In this document: positions 57,539-64,000 of the stretch, piece after piece | Layout: the number at the start of each line of letters is the position of its first letter | Numbering within the stretch: the first letter of the stretch is position 1 | Assembly: GCA_001179505.1 (NCBI GenBank) | Contig: CDMY01000033.1 | Span: 62,001 to 126,000 of the forward strand | Source of the DNA: Vitrella brassicaformis CCMP3155 | Taxonomy: Eukaryota; Protista; Chromerida | Length of the DNA stretch: 64,000 nt | Direction: 5' to 3' | Notes under the pieces: generated by a model | Seen by the model: the letters and a program-made list of their open reading frames with translations, nothing else | Told to the model about the DNA's origin: nothing | Databases searched by the model: none | Position numbers and translations under genes: made by a program

Positions 57539-60500
57539 ATGATGTCGAGGCTCCTGGGCAAGAGGCCCTCTGTGTGTGGCATTGCGTCTGCCTTTTGCTG
57601 CCAGCCCGGCGTTGGGCGGTGCGCCCCCCCGCTCTTTTCCAGCAGCGTCCGTCGCCTGCACACAACGCCACCCGCACGCGGCACCGAGGTGGGTGGTGGG
57701 TGGGCCATGCGGGAAGGACAATACACAACCAGTGTGCCACCCCCGCACACAACACACCCCTCGCTGAATACAGCTGTTTGGCTGATGAATTTGTGTGTGT
57801 GCAGGTCTACCATGCTGGTGCGCAGACAGACAATAAATCAGACGAGGCCACTCACTGATGTCATCCATGGATGCTATGACGCCTCACGGGGCTCGGGCTG
57901 CCACGCACAGAAGTACACATCCAGTTGCTGTGGTGTGATGTGGTGTGTGTGTTGTGTGCGTCAGGTTTGATAACGACCGAGTTCACAACGTCTCTGAACA
58001 TCAGCAAGCAGTCGCAGGTGATTCCGATTTTCCGTGTGCTCAACTACGATGGTGAGTTGGATGCGGGATGGGAGCTGCCGTTCAGCAAGGAGGAGATGCT
58101 GGACAAGTACAAGTTCATGGTTCGCCTGTCGGTCTGGGACGACATGATGTACAACATACAGAGGCAGGGACGAATCTCTTTCTACATACAAAACATGGGA
58201 GAGGTCAGTACGTGAGGAGGGGAGGAGGCAGGGGAACACACTCCACTCCACTCCACACTTCACACAACCCCACATGCACACGCACATGCGCCGACAGATA
58301 GAGAGATAGAAGGAAGGAAGGCTTCAGCGGGAGTCGCACACACAGTTGCAACCAGATCGCCCACGATGCCAACACAAGTGCACATGCAGACCCACTTGCG
58401 GCACTGTGGCCTGTCTGTCTGTCTGTCTTTCTGCATGTGTGTGTGTGTGCAGGAGGCGGCGCAGACGGGCAGCGGGTCGGCGTTGTCGATTGATGACCAC
58501 CTATGGTGTCAGTACCGCGAGCTCGGGGTGCTCATGTGGCGGGGATTCACACTCGAAGACGCACTCGACCAGTGCTTCAGGTAGTTACCGAGGGATATCT
58601 GGTCGAGGGTATATCATGTCAATGGACTGCATGCGTGTGTGTGTGTCCGTGCGTGTGAACATTAACTACATTTGTGGTCGGTGGTCCATCCATCCATCCA
58701 GCACCAAGGGGGATGAGGGCAAGGGTCGTCAGATGCCCATCTCATACACCAAGAAGGACATCAACCTGCAAACTATATCCACACCCCTCACCACACAGGT
58801 ATATATGTATGTATCAACACAACACAACCAACGACGGACGGACGGACTGCCATCACTCCACACAAGGCACGCAGTTATGTGAATCTTCTGTGTGTGGGTG
58901 GCTCTATCTGCCGTGTGTACAGGTTCCCCATGCTGCTGGGAGCGGCTATGCGTTTAAGTTGGCTGGTGAGAAGAGATGTTCGGTCGCATACTTCGGGGAA
59001 GGTAAGGACCGAGGGGAGGGACCGCGATGGACCGCACTCGATGGATATCCCCCCGGCACGTGTTGGTCCGTCCGTCCGTCCGTCCGTCTTTTGATTCAGG
59101 TGCCGCCTCAGAGGGTGACTTCCATGCTGCCCTCAACTTCGCCTCGGTGCTCAAGTCGCAAACCATTTTCATCTGCAGGTCTGGCGGGGGAAGGGGACGG
59201 AAGGCGACAAACGAAATCTGGCTCCTCTGCGCACTGACCGGCATCCTGGGTTCGGTACGTGCATTGATTGCATGTGGTGTGCAGAAACAACGGCTATGCC
59301 ATCAGTACGCCTGTGAAGGTGAGCATCTAGTACATACATACCACTGATACCTGCACAGACACATCCTACACATACATACATACATATCCGTATGTATGTG
59401 TCCCCGCCCACCGCCTGTGTGTGTCAGGATCAATACGCGGGCGACGGTATCGCCATCCGTGGCCTGGCCTACGGCATGCAGACATGCAGGTCGGTTGGTC
59501 CAGGGGGAACGGATGGCTAGGCAGCGTAGCCACACATTGGATGGCTGGGCTAGGTGAGATGTATGTGTGTATGTGTTGTGTTGTGTTGTGTTAGGATTGA
59601 CGGCAACGACCTTGTGGCCGTGTACATCGCGACCAAGAAGGCCCGTGAGATCTGTGTCAACAACTCGGAGCCCGTGCTGCTCGAATTCATGACGTACCGG
59701 TAGGTTGCCGCACCGCATCCACCGGGTGGATATCTATGCACCATCCCATCCATATGGATGAATGAATGTGGGTCCGTGGATGGGATGTGGGTATGTATGT
59801 ATGTCAGCATGGGGCACCATTCAACTTCGGACGATTCGGCTCAGTATCGCCCTGAGGGAGAGTTTGAGGCGTGGAACCAGCCAGGAATCAACCCAATCGG
59901 TACGTCACGTCCATCAAACTGGCTCGACTCGATTGCATTGCATCGCTGCCCTTGATATATTGTGGTTGGTCAACCAATCTCGATACACGTGCAGCTCGAG
60001 TGCGCAAGTTCCTGGTCAACGCCGGCATGTGGGACGCCGACCAAGACGCGGTCAGTCTGTCAGTCAGCTCAGTGCACCCCACCCCTTGATGTGCTGATGT
60101 TTCCTGGAGAGACAGACAGGCGAAGAGCAGGTCGATCGGTTTGCTGTTTCTGCTGTCGCTGTCCGGTTGTGGTGGTGCGTGCAGGAGTTGCGCCGGGAGG
60201 CCAAGAGCACCATGATTGCCGAAATGAAGAAGGGGGAGAAGAAGAAACGGGTAAGTGGGGCACGGGATAGACAGACAGACAGACGGACAAACAGACCGAC
60301 ACGCACGCGTTCATCATGCAATGCATGCATTGCCGGCTGGCTGCTACATGGATGTGTTCCCGCTGTGTACGAATCCAGTATCCGATCATCCCTGGTGTGT
60401 TTGATGACGTGTACGACCAACGCCCGTGGAATCTGGTACGCGTCTGCACTGCACTGCACTGCACTGCATCACACACAACAGCCGCTTACCGTTCCTCACT

Positions 60501-60638
60501 CTGTGTGCGTATGTATGCCTTGTGACCATCTGTCCGTCCGTCCCTCCCTGCCAGGAGGAGCAGGCCGAGTCGATGCAGGCTCATCTCGCCAAGTACCCCC
60601 AGCAGTATGACCAGACCCAGTACGAGAGCTCGGCCTAG
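57539..60638 (+). CDS. BCKDHA: Branched-chain alpha-keto acid dehydrogenase E1 alpha subunit, mitochondrial
   Basis: Mitochondrial-type presequence MMSRLLGKR...RRLHTT; QRQGRISFY, QYRELGVLMWRG, GKGRQMPISY, YFGEGAASEGDFHAALNFA, RNNGYAISTP, IDGNDLVAVY, MTYRMGHHSTSDDS. Confidence 0.96.
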
Positions 60639-60917
60639 CGCAACCCGCACACAGTCATTCACGCCGATTCCGATTTAGTGCGCGGTGCATGGATGGATGG
60701 ATGGATCGAGACAGGGGGGGGAAGGAAGACATTATGCATTCACGTGTGTGTGAACGTGTGACGGGCTTCGTGCGTCTGAGTTCATGAGCCAGCCAATCAA
60801 GGGACGTGTTCGTTCCACCCACTAAATATGTATGTTCACACAAAGAGCCTCATGTCTCGTTGACGTGCCCATGATCGGTGCTGTCAGCATGCCATGCGCA
60901 TATACATCATCCATCCA

Positions 60918-63666
60918 TCAGGGGGATGCCTGAATGAATGCAGACAACCAAACCGCATCCATCAACCAACATGCAAGAAGCATGTCACACATTCTTTCAT
61001 GCGTCTGGCACACCATCGTCTCTCTCGCCCGCCCACCGTCGGTACCCGAGTGGGAGTGCGAGGGAACATTGAGGCCTTCCGTACGTTGTCCAGACCCAGG
61101 AAGAGCGTTGCGATACGGTCGAGGCCCAGCCCTGCGCCGGCGTGAGGCGGACATCCATGCTCAAAGGACTTGATGTACGCCTGGATCGACGGGGAGTCCG
61201 TCGGCAGGCCACCACTGAGGCAGGCAGGCAGGCAGGGAGGCAGGGAGGGAGGGACGGAACGAGGAATGAAACACATACCATAAGCAGAACAGTCAACTGC
61301 CCTCCCGGCCTCATTCAAGCTGCCGACACCGATGAGACTGACCTGTCCATGGCTTGCTTGAGCTGTGCGGGATTGTTGATCCGCTGGGCACCTGCGGGTG
61401 GTCAGGACAGGACAAAAGAAGGACGCACACATTTCATGAACCGAGCCCGCCTGCCCCTGCCTGTGACTTTCCTCCCATCTTTTGTCTGTCACGTCCCTCT
61501 CCCTTTGTGTGTGTGAGTGCGTGTGCGTGTGGGCGAGGCTTCCCTTGGTACCTGAGGCTATCTCCTGGCCCCTGAGGAAGAGGTCATATGAGTTGGAGTA
61601 GTCGGCGTCAGTGTCCGAGGGCATCGTGTAGAAGGGCCGTAGGCTCCGGGGGTACTGGTCTACTGCAAACAGATCGGTGCCGTACTCATCGTGGACGATG
61701 CGGCCTAGTTTCTGCTCCTGCTCGTCACTGAGGTCATCGAAATCCGACATGGACTCGCCAGCCGACCTGACCACGAAACAGGAAAGGAACAGGACCAGCG
61801 TAAGGAACATCCCTCCCCTCCACAGCTGCCACTGAATGTGTGTGTGCACAGAATCGACCTGAGGAGTTGAAGCGCGTCTTTGTAGGTGAGTATGACAGGT
61901 TCGTCGGTCAGCAGCAAGGGCTCTGACGGATACTGCTCCCTCACCGTTGCCAGAAGGTCACCGAGACTGGCTTCGGCATCCTCAAACATCCTCTGAAGCA
62001 CGCTGACGACTCACACACAGACACGCGGCAGGCAGCTACAAGAAGCAACAAGTCGTTGTTTGCGTACTTGTAGACAAGCAGGAGGGCCTCTTGGTATGTG
62101 TGAAGAATGGACATCTCCAAATCAAGGCCTGGAGAGACAGACAGACAGACAGACACACGGGCAAATTGGAACCATTCCAACCATCAAAGCACCCACATCA
62201 TCACGAGTGAATTTGACGCACCCGTGAATTCACAGAGGTGCCGCCTCGATCTCGACTTCTCGGCCCTGAAGACGGGCCCGATCTCGAAGACTCTGTCGAG
62301 GTCGCTGCTTATGGCCATCTGCTTGTACAACTGAGGCGACTGGGCAAGGCACACCTGCTGGCCGAAATAGTCAGTCCGGAACACCTCTACAGAGCAGACG
62401 GGAAGCCCACATCAGACGCGCACCACGGAGGTGGGTAGGTGTGTGCATGTGTGTGCGTTGCTGCCTCGGCCATGGGATGCCAGGCCTACCTGCCCCTCCC
62501 TCCGACTGTCCTGGTACAAGCTTGGGGCTGAAGATCTCTACAAAGCCAGCCTGTCAGTAGGATTAGTACACTCGTCAGTCACCTGAGGACGGTCGTCTTG
62601 ACGCTTGTTCTTCTTCTTCTTCACCTGGATGAGTTGCTGTCGGAAGGCACTGGCCATGTGAGCCTTGACTCTCATAATGGCCTGGTTAGCGGGTGTCCTG
62701 AGGTCCAGCCACCGGTGGTCCAGACGGAGGTCCTGACCAATCACAGGGATCGGACGCTCCGTCTCCTGCGATTCCATGACCTGATCAATCAATCCATTGT
62801 GGTCAAATAGGCAACTCGCCGATGATGGATGGATGTGTTCCATGGCTGCTTGCGCCATGCACCTACCTCTGCCGGCGATCGTGCAGCGTCCCGGACACTG
62901 AAGGGGAGCTGCTGTGTGCAGCTGGATACAAGATGCGCACTGAGGATCTGCAGCCAAGGAATCACACAGAGTCCATCGTCAGCAGCACATGCCTGCCTTC
63001 ACTGCAGGACGATTAGAGGTACTCACGTGGATCTCGACGTTCTTCTGAGTGCATGAGCTTACTCTTGCAGGTTTCACCGTCCCCTGCACGAGAAGGAAAG
63101 ATGAAGCGATACTGCGCGATGAGGGATGCACGCGAATGCGATCATATACGTCTGCGTCCCCTCACTCTGGTCGATCTCTCCGACCTCAGTCCCAGCGGGT
63201 GTCTGCCTACCTGTATGTCGATGATTGATTCCTCCGGAATGCTCTTGAGGAACTTGAGTAGCTCTTTAGATCTCTCGGGGTCTTCTGTGTCTTTGAAGAG
63301 GCATGCCTGCACTGTAGATCCTCCACTCTAACAGACACACCACATATGCACAAAGACAAGACGGTTCTTGTTGACAGAACGTCCCAGACGTGTCTGTACC
63401 TGCCGTAGGACAAGGAAGCAAGAGTTGCCTTTGCTTCTGAATGCATGGAGACGTCCCCTGACGTAGACTGATGACTCAGCCGCCACCTTGTCGATGTCCG
63501 GGACTCGCACATAAAGCTGGCTGTCCAACGAAGACCAGAGGGTGGTAGATCTGGGACTTGCTGCTGCCGAACGACGAAACGCGGGGGCAACGAACGCTCT
63601 GCTCAGCGGCAGCCAACACACAGACACTGCTGCACACACTGCTGCATATAGACACCGCTGCTGCAT
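60918..63666 (-). CDS. DARS: Aspartyl-tRNA synthetase, eukaryote/archaeal type, with bipartite plastid-targeting leader
   Basis: [21 protein letters not shown] (OB fold), [48 protein letters not shown] (motif 2), [47 protein letters not shown] (motif 3). Leader [33 protein letters not shown]. Confidence 0.95.
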
Positions 63667-64000
63667 GAATTCAGCCCCGGCACTACTTGCGAGCTTGGTT
63701 TGCAGATCTCTGACAGGGAAGTTTTTTGCGCGAAGAAGCAGAGGAGAGCCTCCTCCATTCATTCCAAGATGGAGGCTGCTAGGCAATGCAGGGATGTTGG
63801 GACGCAGGTGCATGTGCCTCCACGCGAGGTACGGTGACTGACACAGCTGCGAGGACGCGTAGCACTTGTGACGAATTCATTCTACCTGCTTCCTCTTGTC
63901 ACATTTCAGTATATCAGCCCTCAAGGTTCACGCTCTCGTCTGATGGAGATTCATGCACTCATTCTTCTGTTGTATGCATGCATGCAGTGTTGTTCTCGCA

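Noticed and set aside
1-64000. Many ORF-track entries rich in C/V or H/T (e.g. CVCVCV, THTHTH) and ORFs spanning N runs
   Set aside because: These are translations of intronic (GT)n/(CA)n microsatellites or gap padding. No rRNA, tRNA or CRISPR array was recognised.

Overview
Eukaryotic, GC-rich, intron-dense nuclear DNA with (GT)n/(GTCT)n-rich introns and four 300-N scaffold gaps. Gene content, bipartite plastid leaders and expanded BTB/TLDc-type families suggest a chromerid alveolate, probably Vitrella brassicaformis (inference). Recognisable genes are an ABC1/AarF kinase with plastid leader, a CHORD-like protein, two paralogues of an expanded F-box/LRR-like family, DNA polymerase X, Ku70, a KCTD-type BTB gene, a divergent kinase, a TPR protein, a BRE1-like RING E3, two copies (one frameshifted) of a stand-alone transhydrogenase domain-I-like gene, a BTB-TLDc protein, a GT92-like glycosyltransferase, BCKDH E1-alpha and a eukaryote-type AspRS with plastid leader. 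Mobile DNA comprises a 5.0-kb Penelope-like retroelement, a 491-bp Tc1/mariner-type MITE, a Helitron/PIF1-like helicase remnant and two small dispersed repeats. The most striking object is the Penelope-like element (30085-35113). It has N-terminal GIY-YIG, CxC and RT domains between 132-bp direct repeats. It also carries an extra 439-aa upstream ORF in the same frame as the GIY-YIG ORF, separated by one TGA with a GC-rich hairpin 8 nt downstream, a geometry suggesting stop-codon readthrough or Sec recoding. A spliced alternative is also visible. All gene models were spliced by eye; internal boundaries are approximate.
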